This document shows, in pieces, positions 9,374-18,057 of a stretch of DNA of 64,000 bases. This DNA is from Acidimicrobiaceae bacterium (GTDB taxonomy: Bacteria; Actinomycetota; Acidimicrobiia; Acidimicrobiales; Aldehydirespiratoraceae): assembly GCA_028819005.1 (NCBI GenBank), contig JAPPMP010000026.1:96-64095 (forward strand), written 5' to 3'. The stretch's first letter is position 1, and the number at the start of each line of letters is the position of its first letter. A program made the translations under genes and the position numbers. The notes under the pieces were generated by a model that saw nothing but the letters and a program-made list of their open reading frames with translations, was not told where the DNA came from and did no database searches.

Positions 9374-10458
9374 GCCGAAGACCGGTCGTCCACCAGTTCA
9401 TACCCTCTCTCGCCAGACGCGACGCGGTCGGCTTCCACACCTTCGCGGTCGACGAGATACTGCGCGGTCTCGGAGCAGAATCAACCATCTATACGGCGCA
9501 CATCAACTCTGAGACCAAGGACCGTGCGCGCCACTACCGGCAGCACGCCAGGGATCCCAGTCCCGACCTGATCGTCTATCAAGCCTCGATCGGCTCGCCG
9601 ATGGCCGACTACGTGATGGGCCGCTCGGAGCCGTTGATGTTGAACTATCACAACATGACGCCGCCGGAGTTCTTCTATGGCTGGGACTCAACTCTGGGCG
9701 CGGAGCTCGACCGTGGGCGTCGCCAGCTCGCGGGGCTGTGCCACCGGGCGTCGGTTGCGGTCGCCGATTCGGAGTTCAACGCCCGCGACCTCGCAGAGTT
9801 GAAGCCGGCGCGGGTCGAAGTGATCCCCGTGCTCACCGACGACGCCCTGTTGCCCGTCGATGGACCGCCGGCCCCCCGAGCAGTTCGGGATCGCTCGGCG
9901 CCGACGGTGTTGTTCGTCGGACGCCTGGCGCCCAACAAGTGCCAACACGACCTGTTGGCCGCGATGGCAGTGTTGCGTCAGCGGATACCCGGCGCTGAGC
10001 TGGTGCTGGTGGGTTCTTCATCGGCAGAGAGATACGAGCAGTCTCTTCGAGAATTCGCGGCGGAACTGGGGATTGCCGACTCGGTCAGGTTCGAGGGCTC
10101 GGTGTCAGCCACGGACTTGGGGTCCTGGTACCGAAGCGCCGATGTGTTCGTGTGCCTGTCAGAGCATGAGGGGTTCTGCGTTCCGATTCTGGAGGCGATG
10201 GCATGGGGGTTGCCGGTGATCGCATTCGATGCGGCCGCGGTGCCAGACACCGTTGCCGGTGCGGGTGTGGTTCTCGAAGACAAGTCTGCGGGGGTTGTGG
10301 CCTCTGCCATTGAGCGGGTGGTCAGCGACGAATTGCTGCGACAGCATCTGGTCGAACTCGGATCGGCTCGAGCCGAAGAACTGCGAGCCTCGGTTGTGCG
10401 GCCGCGGTTTCGGGACTTTTTCTTGGAATTGCTCAAGTCCGGGGAGATCCGGCGATGA
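9370..10458 (+). CDS. Glycosyltransferase family 4 (GT-B)
   Basis: EHEGFCVPILEAMAWGLPVIA is the GT4 E-x7-E region. I place the start at in-frame GTG 9370 (GTGA overlap with the upstream stop) rather than track ATG 9277, which overruns the previous gene. Confidence 0.85.
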   Translation: MSRRPVVHQFIPSLARRDAVGFHTFAVDEILRGLGAESTIYTAHINSETKDRARHYRQHARDPSPDLIVYQASIGSPMADYVMGRSEPLMLNYHNMTPPEFFYGWDSTLGAELDRGRRQLAGLCHRASVAVADSEFNARDLAELKPARVEVIPVLTDDALLPVDGPPAPRAVRDRSAPTVLFVGRLAPNKCQHDLLAAMAVLRQRIPGAELVLVGSSSAERYEQSLREFAAELGIADSVRFEGSVSATDLGSWYRSADVFVCLSEHEGFCVPILEAMAWGLPVIAFDAAAVPDTVAGAGVVLEDKSAGVVASAIERVVSDELLRQHLVELGSARAEELRASVVRPRFRDFFLELLKSGEIRR

Positions 10459-11630
10459 GCGACGTCACCTTCGTGGCGCCTCGCTACGGCGCCGATGTTG
10501 TGGGAGGGGCAGAGTCGGGTGCCAGGGCTCTGGCGACTCGGCTCAGCGCCGATGGAATGGACGTCTCGGTACTCACCTCAAGAGCGCGTTCCTTCGACAC
10601 CTGGGCCGACGACTATCCCGAAGGCACGACGGTTGAAGAGGGCGTCTCCGTCTCCAGGTTCAGTGTCGACCACCCCCGTTCACCGAATTTTGCGGCCTCT
10701 TGCGATCGGCTCCTGCGTAATCCTGAACAGGCGAGCATGCAGGACGCCTGGCAGTGGATAGACGAACAGGGACCCACCAGCAACGACCTGCTCGAGGCGA
10801 TCGCTGAGGTCGACCGCGGAGTGCTCGCGTTCACGCCGTACATGTACCATCCCGCCGTTCGGGGTGTGTCTCTGGCCCGCGTGCCGACGGTGCTGCACGC
10901 CGCCGCTCATCCCGAACCACCGCTGCGGCTGCCAGTGTTTGACGACCTGTTCAATTCGGCGTCGGCTATCGCGCATTACAGCCGGCTCGAGCAGCGATTG
11001 GTGCTTGACCGCTTCCCGGCCACAGTTCTCACACCGCAGGCGGTGACGGGGCTTCCGGTCGAGGCGCCGGAATTCGAGATCGACCCTGTCGAGGCGCGCG
11101 GCTTCTTCGGTCTCGCAGACGAACCGTTCGTGTTGTTCCTGGGAAGGGTGCTCCGCAGCAAAGGCGCCCACGAACTGGTCGATTTCTTTGCTGGGGCACG
11201 AGAGCGGCGCGGCGACGGGAAACTGGTGATCGCGGGTCCGGTGGTCGACGAGATCCCCAAGAGCAAGGGGGTCGTGTGCGTCGGCCCCGTGAGCGAGCAG
11301 CACAAGTTCGGGCTGCTCGCAGCCGCCGATGCGCTGATCAACCCGTCGCCGTTGGAGTCGTTCTCGCTGGTCGTGCTCGAAGCCTGGCTGGCGGGCACGC
11401 CTGTGCTGGTCAACGGCTGGTGTGGTCCGACCCGCGATCATTGTGAGCGGTCCGGGGGCGGTCTGTGGTACAGCAACTTCGTCGAGTTCGAGGTGTCTCT
11501 CAATCGGCTCCTAGACGACGCCGACCTGCGCGACAACTTGGCCGAGGCAGGCCATGGGTACGTGACGGAGTCTTTCAGCTGGGCCGCGGTGCGCCGCCGC
11601 TACCTGAGCCTTGTCTCGCAGGTCCGCTAG
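10455..11630 (+). CDS. Glycosyltransferase family 4 (GT-B)
   Basis: LESFSLVVLEAWLAGTPVLVN motif. ATGA start/stop overlap with the upstream GT4. Confidence 0.85.
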   Translation: MSDVTFVAPRYGADVVGGAESGARALATRLSADGMDVSVLTSRARSFDTWADDYPEGTTVEEGVSVSRFSVDHPRSPNFAASCDRLLRNPEQASMQDAWQWIDEQGPTSNDLLEAIAEVDRGVLAFTPYMYHPAVRGVSLARVPTVLHAAAHPEPPLRLPVFDDLFNSASAIAHYSRLEQRLVLDRFPATVLTPQAVTGLPVEAPEFEIDPVEARGFFGLADEPFVLFLGRVLRSKGAHELVDFFAGARERRGDGKLVIAGPVVDEIPKSKGVVCVGPVSEQHKFGLLAAADALINPSPLESFSLVVLEAWLAGTPVLVNGWCGPTRDHCERSGGGLWYSNFVEFEVSLNRLLDDADLRDNLAEAGHGYVTESFSWAAVRRRYLSLVSQVR

Positions 11631-11661
11631 CGGATTTCGCCGGGTGACCGGTTGGTTCGGG

Positions 11662-12624
11662 CTAGGGCGATTCCTCGACGTCGCCTGGAGGGAGCAGTTT
11701 CGTCGGACGATTCACCCGCACCACCAGGTCCGCTAGAAGTCCCACCACCAGAACTTGAAGCACAGCGAACCCGAGAAGCAGTGTGTTGGCGGCGGGCCGG
11801 AAGTCCTTGTCGACGATGTCGTATCCGAGTTTGGCGCAGAAGACGGCCCCGAGAACCGCGGTGACAGGCAAGGCAACCCGCAGCGGGTCATAGGTCAGGA
11901 TCATGCGTATGACCTGCAGCACATAGCGGCTGGTATCGCGGAACCAGTGAAATTTCGAGCGTCCGGCCCGTGCTTTGTACGGGATCGGCACGTAGCGGAC
12001 TTCGTAGCCGTTCATCAGGAAGGCCATGGTGATTGTGGTGACGCATGAGAACCCTGTCGGCAACTGTTGGGTGAACTGGAGGCCCACATCTCGCCGGAAG
12101 GCCCGGAAACCCGAGTTGAGGTCGGGGATCTCGGTGCGCGTCAGATAAGAGGCGAGACGGCGGATCGCCCACTTCGCCGGAACTCGAAAGATCTTGAGCG
12201 TGCCCTGTTCGGAGGTTCTGGCCCCGACTATGTGGTCGCCGTTGCCGAGTTCCGCGACCAGCTCGGGGATCCGGTCGTTGGGGTAGGTCATGTCCGCGTC
12301 GGACCAAACCACGACGCGTCCCCTCGCTGCTTCGGTGCCGATGCGCCGAGCCGCACCGGCGCCTTGGTTTCGCCGAGTCTGCAGCACTCGGACTCTGGGG
12401 AGCCCCTTGCAGAGTTCTGCTGATCCGTCGGTGGAGCCGTCGTCCACGACCACAAGCTCCCATGAGTAGGCGGAGCTCTCCATCGAAGTGCTGATTCGGT
12501 CCAGTTCGTGGGCCAAGTGGGGCGCCTCGTTGTGAACCGGCAAGACGATGCTGACGTCGAGCTCTGCTGTCGCTGCGGACGGTACCGCAGTCCCGTCGAT
12601 GTCGTGTGTCGGTTCGGCGGCCAC
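11662..12624 (-). CDS. GT2 polyprenyl-phosphate sugar synthase (GtrB / Dpm1-like, two C-terminal TM helices)
   Basis: VSIVLPVHNEAPHL and LVVVDDGSTDGS, plus a C-terminal hydrophobic pair (LPVTAVLGAVFCAKL; LLLGFAVLQVLVVGLLADLVV). Confidence 0.85.
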   Translation of the reverse strand: MAAEPTHDIDGTAVPSAATAELDVSIVLPVHNEAPHLAHELDRISTSMESSAYSWELVVVDDGSTDGSAELCKGLPRVRVLQTRRNQGAGAARRIGTEAARGRVVVWSDADMTYPNDRIPELVAELGNGDHIVGARTSEQGTLKIFRVPAKWAIRRLASYLTRTEIPDLNSGFRAFRRDVGLQFTQQLPTGFSCVTTITMAFLMNGYEVRYVPIPYKARAGRSKFHWFRDTSRYVLQVIRMILTYDPLRVALPVTAVLGAVFCAKLGYDIVDKDFRPAANTLLLGFAVLQVLVVGLLADLVVRVNRPTKLLPPGDVEESP

Positions 12625-12633
12625 GGTGCGAGT

Positions 12634-13893
12634 TTACTTCTGAACGTCGCGGTAGACGGCTGCCATCTGCTGCGCCGCGGTTTGCCAAGTCATCGCATTG
12701 ATGCGGGTCTGAACCGCTGCAGGCACGGTCTCCGGCTCGGTGATCGCGGTGCGGAGCTGTTCGACAAAAGCTCCGTCGTCGCCGGGGGGAGCGAGGCTCA
12801 CGACGTCGCCTATCAATTCCGGCAACGCCCCCACCGCGGTGGCCACTACGGGAGTGCCCACCGACAGAGCTTCGAGCGGTGGCAGGCCGAACCCCTCGTA
12901 GCGGGAAGGAAAAGCCAGCACTGCGGCTCCGCGCAACAGCGACGCCTTCTGCTGGTCGTCGACCACAGGGAGCCTTATGAACCTGCGGTCCCCGGCCGCG
13001 GCTCGCAGGGTCGACTCGGAGTTGCCCGGCGGCCCTGCCACAACCAGCGCGACGTCGTTGGGCAGTGAACCCAGATTGTCGGCGACCGCAGCGACGTTCT
13101 TGCGATGCTCAACGGCCCCAAGCACGAGTACGTATTTCTCGCAACCGACCAGACGCCGACCGAGCGCCGCGTCGCCCGCGACGATGGGACTGACCCCGTG
13201 AGGAACCAGGGCAACCTGTTCTTCGGGCACATCGAAATGGCTGCCCACCTCCTCAGCGATGACGGCTGACGAAACGTGTACCCTCGCCCCCGCAGCGATA
13301 GCGACGCTCAGCGGTTCCGCCATGGCGACGACTTCAGGCCGACACCATTGGGGATAGCGGACGAAGGAGAGATCCTGCACCGTTATCACCGACCGGGGCG
13401 AGGGTGGCGCGATGAAGTTCGGCCCATGCACAACGTCGACCGGTCCGACAATCAATCGATCCAGCGGGGTGAGGTTGTTTCGCCACAGATGATGGGCAAG
13501 CCGAGCGGGGACACGGGACCGGCGCACCGCAACAGTTGTGTCTGGCCGTGTGCCGCGAAAGCTGAGGAGCCAACCTCGGACCTCGATCCCGGGTGTGCGT
13601 GTGAGCGCGTCCACCAACCCCCTGGTCGTCTGGTGGATTCCGCCGGGTGCTCCGAGCAGGGCAGTCACGTCGATGCCCACCAGCGTCGGCTCGTCGGTGT
13701 TGTCGCCGGGCGCGGTGTTGTCGCCGGGCGTAGCCGGAGCGGTGTTGTCGCCGGGCGTAGCCGGAGCGGTGTTGTTGCCGGGCGTAGCCGGAGCCGTGTT
13801 GTTGCCGGGCGCGGTGTTGTCGCCGGGCGTAGCCGGAGCCGTGCCTGCGGGTCGGGCGGGGTCGGTGGGGTCGGCGGGGTCGGCGGGTTTCAT
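12634..13893 (-). CDS. Glycosyltransferase family 4 with low-complexity repeat N-terminus
   Basis: YEGFGLPPLEALSVGTPVVAT motif. Start taken at ATG 13893 (ATGA overlap with the upstream stop 13890), not track 14100. The N-terminus carries (A)PATPG(D/N)NT repeats. Confidence 0.85.
   Translation of the reverse strand: MKPADPADPTDPARPAGTAPATPGDNTAPGNNTAPATPGNNTAPATPGDNTAPATPGDNTAPGDNTDEPTLVGIDVTALLGAPGGIHQTTRGLVDALTRTPGIEVRGWLLSFRGTRPDTTVAVRRSRVPARLAHHLWRNNLTPLDRLIVGPVDVVHGPNFIAPPSPRSVITVQDLSFVRYPQWCRPEVVAMAEPLSVAIAAGARVHVSSAVIAEEVGSHFDVPEEQVALVPHGVSPIVAGDAALGRRLVGCEKYVLVLGAVEHRKNVAAVADNLGSLPNDVALVVAGPPGNSESTLRAAAGDRRFIRLPVVDDQQKASLLRGAAVLAFPSRYEGFGLPPLEALSVGTPVVATAVGALPELIGDVVSLAPPGDDGAFVEQLRTAITEPETVPAAVQTRINAMTWQTAAQQMAAVYRDVQK
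13696..13839. repeat. In-frame tandem repeat, 27-nt and 18-nt units (6 units)
   Basis: Units GGTGTTGT(C/T)GCCGGGCG(TAGCCGGAG)C read directly. They encode TAPATPG(D/N)N / TAPG(D/N)N on the minus strand. Confidence 0.9.
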
Positions 13894-14987
13894 GGGACGT
13901 AGACGCCGTTGAGCGCAAGGATGGTGAGAACCGTCAGGGCAACGCCAGAAGCTGCGGGCAGCCAGCGCCGCAGCAACGATGCGTGGCTCACGATCCCAGC
14001 GGCGAGAACAAGTGGAAAAACGGCCAAGGCGTAACGCTCCATCGAATTCAGATTCTCGGCCGCGAACAGCAACAGCGTTGAAGGAATCGAGTACACCCAC
14101 AGGTCGGTTGACAACTTGCGCACTGTGACCACCAGCAAGAAGACCAGAACGACCGCGGCGGCCCCATGCAACAACTCACCCGAGTCACCTTGAACGCCGT
14201 CGACTAATGCTGTGATGATCCGGGTCACGGGTTCGCGCACGGCGCCACGGAGTTCTTCCTGCGCCTCGATCGGGACGCGCCAACCCCCCTGGGCGCTTTC
14301 GGCCCAGACAAGAAAAGTGAGCGTGCCCAAGGGTGCTGAGACCACGGCCAGCCATGCCGGCAAAGAGCTCCGGTCCCGATCACTTGACAGGGCTCTGACG
14401 AGTGCCAGAAGGGCCAGCAATCCGCCGACCGGCCGTGTCAAACCGGCCAGGAAACCCAACACCGCTGCTGCTGTCCAGTTGCGGGACCTGGCCGACAGCA
14501 CGAATCCCAGAGCCAGCGTCAAAAAAAGCGCTTCGCTGTAGCCGAGCACTAGGACGAAGGCCGATGGGAACAGCGAGAAGATCCGCACCGCGTGTCTGGA
14601 GACTTCTGGATCGTCGGTTTCCTGCATCGCCAGGCGGTACACCAACACCCCGGCGACCAGAGCGAGCAGGTTGGCTGCAATAACGAGCGCTATGTCGGGT
14701 CGGTCGCCGACTGCCCCGAAAAACCGACCCAGCAGGGGCCACAGCGGAAAGAAGCGAATTCCCCCTTCGAGCTCAACAGAGTCGTACCCCTGGCCGGCCA
14801 GGTCGCGGTACCAGGTCCCGTCCCAGGGAATCAACCCATCGTCGACTGGGGAGAACGCGGGCTGTGGCTCAAGTCGATCGACGACGGCGAGGGTCGTGAT
14901 GTACGCGGCCGCAACGTAGATTCTGGCCTCCACCCAGCCGGCCAACGCGGCTTTGAAGTCTGCTCCCAGAGTCGGTGAGAACCTCAT
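13890..14987 (-). CDS. GT-C membrane glycosyltransferase, PIG-V/GT76-like mannosyltransferase family
   Basis: WDGTWYRDLAGQGYD...IRFFPLWPLLGR resembles the wDxxwYxxIAxxGY...aFFPLyP signature. Polytopic. Start at ATG 14987 (TGATG junction) rather than 15095. Confidence 0.55.
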   Translation of the reverse strand: MRFSPTLGADFKAALAGWVEARIYVAAAYITTLAVVDRLEPQPAFSPVDDGLIPWDGTWYRDLAGQGYDSVELEGGIRFFPLWPLLGRFFGAVGDRPDIALVIAANLLALVAGVLVYRLAMQETDDPEVSRHAVRIFSLFPSAFVLVLGYSEALFLTLALGFVLSARSRNWTAAAVLGFLAGLTRPVGGLLALLALVRALSSDRDRSSLPAWLAVVSAPLGTLTFLVWAESAQGGWRVPIEAQEELRGAVREPVTRIITALVDGVQGDSGELLHGAAAVVLVFLLVVTVRKLSTDLWVYSIPSTLLLFAAENLNSMERYALAVFPLVLAAGIVSHASLLRRWLPAASGVALTVLTILALNGVYVP

Positions 14988-16624
14988 CACCGGACCTCGA
15001 ACCGAGTGAGCAACATCGGTTCGAAGACGTCGCTGGGTGCAAGCAGTCGTTGTGCTTGGCGGGTGCGTCCCAACTCGTTGATCGTCGTTTCGCAACGGTC
15101 GCCGAAACTCTTGTAGCCGAATCCGCTGACCAGCCAGACGCTGTGGTTGCCGGCTTCGGCGAGCACCTCGGAGACGAAACCCTCCACCTGCGTGTTTGCG
15201 ATCGTCTCCGCGTAGTCCTGCCAGTCCACGAAACGTCCGTCTCCGCGCGGGTAGGCGAACGAATTGGGTGGCCGGCTGATCGAGCGAAGAGTCGCCGGCC
15301 CCAGTTGGTCAGGGCAGAAGACGACCACATCGCCGGCTTCGAAACCCTCGTTGATCAGTGCTGCGACATCGGCGCCCTGGGTACGGTCGCGCCTGGCCTC
15401 ATCGACGCTCACCGCGAGTCCGAAGGCCACGACGAGCACCAGCACCACCAGCCGCGGCCGTGTCGGGAGCATGGCGATCCCCCTCGCGGCCAGGACCAGC
15501 AGGAAGCCGACCACGACAGCTGAGTAGCGTGCTTCGAACGCGCCCGCCATGGCCAGGGCAGCACCGCCGCCGATACCGAGTGTCAGCAGCACCCCCAGCC
15601 AAGCGCGATCGAGGTTCCCTACAGCGAACCGAAGCACGAGCTTGTGCCCGTCCACGCGGTGGGCGAACACGCCCAGGACTGCCAGGACAGCCAGCGCTAT
15701 CCCCAGGAGCTCACCCTCGAATCGGTTGTTGCCGCCGATCGCTTGAATCGTCTCCACAACTATCTCAGCGGGGCGCGCTCGGTCTGCCCAGGGCGTTCCT
15801 GTGGTGCGGAGTTGTTCTGAGAGGACTCTCAGCCAAACCAGCAGCGTGGCACTTCCCGCAAGGATTGCGGCTGCGATGCGCACCGCAAGCCCGCGCGCGT
15901 CGCCGTTTCCGGAAGCGGCATTGACCGCCGCGACAACCAGGGCTGCGCCGACCAACCACAGACTCCAGTAGTGGGTGTGGACCATCGCGGCGACGGCGAG
16001 CGCCAGAAGCGCCAGCCGCAAGGCAGATGCGCGTTCTATCGCGCGTTCTGCGCAGAGCCATGCGACGCAGCACAGCAGTGTCAGCAGGGCGTACATCCGA
16101 GCCTCGGTCCCGTAGCGGATCAGGAATGGGGACGCGGCCACAACCAGCAGCGTCACCTGCGCCGTTGTGGGGCCATGGCGGAGCGAGATTCGGTGGAGCA
16201 CCAAGACCGTGAGCAGGGAGAACACCGCCGACAACGAGCGAACCGCCATGTCGCTCTCGCCGACGACGTCGATCCACCAACCCAGCAGGAGGTAGTAGAG
16301 CGCCGGGTGGCCGTCATGTCGGAGTGCCTCGACCAACTGCTCGAAGTTCAACTGTGCGATGTTGACCGAGAGCGCCTCATCGAGCCACAACGGCGAGGGG
16401 GCGACGAAGCGCAGGACGACGCCGGCAGCGACAGCCGTCGCGCCGAGCGTCAGCGCGAAACGGTTCCACTCGAATGGCTCGGGCGCGTGGTCGCAGTCAA
16501 GGCCATCAGAGCGGTCGGCTTCGCAAGCGGCGGGGGCCACAGCCGCTGAATCTAGCCGTCGGCGACGATAGCGCCCTATGTGACGGCGGCTCAGGTTCCG
16601 GCATGTCTTCAGCCTTACCTGCAT
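14987..16624 (-). CDS. GT-C membrane glycosyltransferase, GT39/ArnT (PMT_2)-like
   Basis: First-loop acidic motif LWLDEALS, many TM segments, ~150-aa soluble C-terminal domain. The true start may be downstream of 16624. Confidence 0.6.
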   Translation of the reverse strand: MQVRLKTCRNLSRRHIGRYRRRRLDSAAVAPAACEADRSDGLDCDHAPEPFEWNRFALTLGATAVAAGVVLRFVAPSPLWLDEALSVNIAQLNFEQLVEALRHDGHPALYYLLLGWWIDVVGESDMAVRSLSAVFSLLTVLVLHRISLRHGPTTAQVTLLVVAASPFLIRYGTEARMYALLTLLCCVAWLCAERAIERASALRLALLALAVAAMVHTHYWSLWLVGAALVVAAVNAASGNGDARGLAVRIAAAILAGSATLLVWLRVLSEQLRTTGTPWADRARPAEIVVETIQAIGGNNRFEGELLGIALAVLAVLGVFAHRVDGHKLVLRFAVGNLDRAWLGVLLTLGIGGGAALAMAGAFEARYSAVVVGFLLVLAARGIAMLPTRPRLVVLVLVVAFGLAVSVDEARRDRTQGADVAALINEGFEAGDVVVFCPDQLGPATLRSISRPPNSFAYPRGDGRFVDWQDYAETIANTQVEGFVSEVLAEAGNHSVWLVSGFGYKSFGDRCETTINELGRTRQAQRLLAPSDVFEPMLLTRFEVR

Positions 16625-16665
16625 TCAGGCCGACAAACCGTGCGACGGACATGTAGCATCTGCCC

Positions 16666-18030
16666 TTGATGACGACTCGCATGGTGATAATCGGCGGGGG
16701 TCCCGCGGGCAACAGTTGCGCTACAACAGCAGCACGGCTGGGTGCAGACGTAGTGCTCGTCGAGCGCGACACGATCGGTGGGGCCGCCCACCTTTGGGAC
16801 TGCATCCCCTCAAAGGCGATGATTGCAGCAGGCAACGCACGATCCTTCGTGCAGCGATCCATGCGCATGGGTCTTTCTGAGGTTGCCACCGACGTAGATC
16901 TCGAGCTGCTTCGGGATCGACTGTTGACCCTTGAACATCGGCTCGAATCCCAGATTCGGAGTCTGCTCGCCAGCCAGCAGGTTCAGTTCGCCCACGGCAC
17001 CGGCACGATGCTTGACGCCCACACGGTCAGGGCGTCCACCGCGGACGGCGACATCGACTTCGAGGCTGATGTGATCGTCCTGGCAACCGGCAGCCGCCCC
17101 CGTGTCGATGACTGGGCCGAGGTCGACGGCGTCCGAGTGCTCACCACCCGGGACGCGTACCCTCCGCCGGAGATGCCCGAACACCTCGTCGTGATCGGCT
17201 CGGGCGTCACCGGCGTGGAGTTCGTCCACATGTTCGAGTCGATGGGTTCCGAGGTGACCTTGGTTGTGAGTCGCCAGCAGGTGTTGCCGGCCAAGGACCC
17301 TGAGGTGGCGGCTGCTTTGGAGGAGGATTTCCTGCGCCGCGGGGTTCATCTCCTGAAAGGAGCGCGCGCAGTCGGCATCGGCAATGACGGCGAGGAAGTC
17401 ACTGTCAGCTGCGACGATGGCCGGGTGGTGACTGGATCGCATGCGCTTCTGGCCATCGGCTCGGCCCCCAACAGCGAGAATCTCGGGTTGGACAAAGCCG
17501 GTGTGCGCTCAGAGGGCGGTTATGTGCCAGTCGATGTGAACCTGCGCTCCAACGTGAGCCACATCTATGCGGCCGGCGACCTCAGCGGTCGTCTCCCGCT
17601 CTCATCGGTGGCGAGCATTCAAGGCCAGAAGATTGCAGAGCACGCTCTCGGCGCGCTCTCTGTTTCCCGGCGCCGTGCCATCGACTACGACAAGGCAGCC
17701 TCCGCGATTTTCACCGAACCCGAGATCGCAGACGTGGGGCTCGCCGAGGCCGACGCGTTCGCCGAGGGCCGCAAGGTTCGTGTCACCAAGGTTCCTTTCG
17801 CTTCCTCGGCGAAAGCCCAGATCAACGATGATCCTCGAGGCTTCGTGAAGATCGTGTCGGACCCCGCGACGGGTGTTGTGCTGGGCGGGTCGATCGTGGG
17901 CCGCCACGCGGCGGAACTGATCTCAGTGTTGGCGGTGGCGGTCAGCAACGGTCTCACGGTCGCTGACATACACGAGAGCGCTCTTGTGCATCCCACTCTC
18001 GCTGAAGCCCTTCGCGAAGCAGCCGAATAG
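16666..18030 (+). CDS. lpdA: Pyridine nucleotide-disulfide oxidoreductase, LpdA-like NAD(P)H-quinone reductase
   Basis: FAD motif VIIGGGPAGNS, second Rossmann motif VVIGSGVTGVE, C-terminal HPTLAEA. The redox-centre region reads GGAAHLWDCIPSK, so it has only one Cys. Confidence 0.75.
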   Translation: MMTTRMVIIGGGPAGNSCATTAARLGADVVLVERDTIGGAAHLWDCIPSKAMIAAGNARSFVQRSMRMGLSEVATDVDLELLRDRLLTLEHRLESQIRSLLASQQVQFAHGTGTMLDAHTVRASTADGDIDFEADVIVLATGSRPRVDDWAEVDGVRVLTTRDAYPPPEMPEHLVVIGSGVTGVEFVHMFESMGSEVTLVVSRQQVLPAKDPEVAAALEEDFLRRGVHLLKGARAVGIGNDGEEVTVSCDDGRVVTGSHALLAIGSAPNSENLGLDKAGVRSEGGYVPVDVNLRSNVSHIYAAGDLSGRLPLSSVASIQGQKIAEHALGALSVSRRRAIDYDKAASAIFTEPEIADVGLAEADAFAEGRKVRVTKVPFASSAKAQINDDPRGFVKIVSDPATGVVLGGSIVGRHAAELISVLAVAVSNGLTVADIHESALVHPTLAEALREAAE

Positions 18031-18035
18031 TCTCT

Positions 18036-18054
18036 GCCCGCCCGATGTGCGGGT
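18036..18054. terminator. Small GC hairpin between convergent lpdA-like and accA genes
   Basis: GCCCGC-N7-GCGGGT in the 27-bp gap between the two stop codons. No U-tract. Confidence 0.3.
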
Positions 18055-18057
18055 CGG

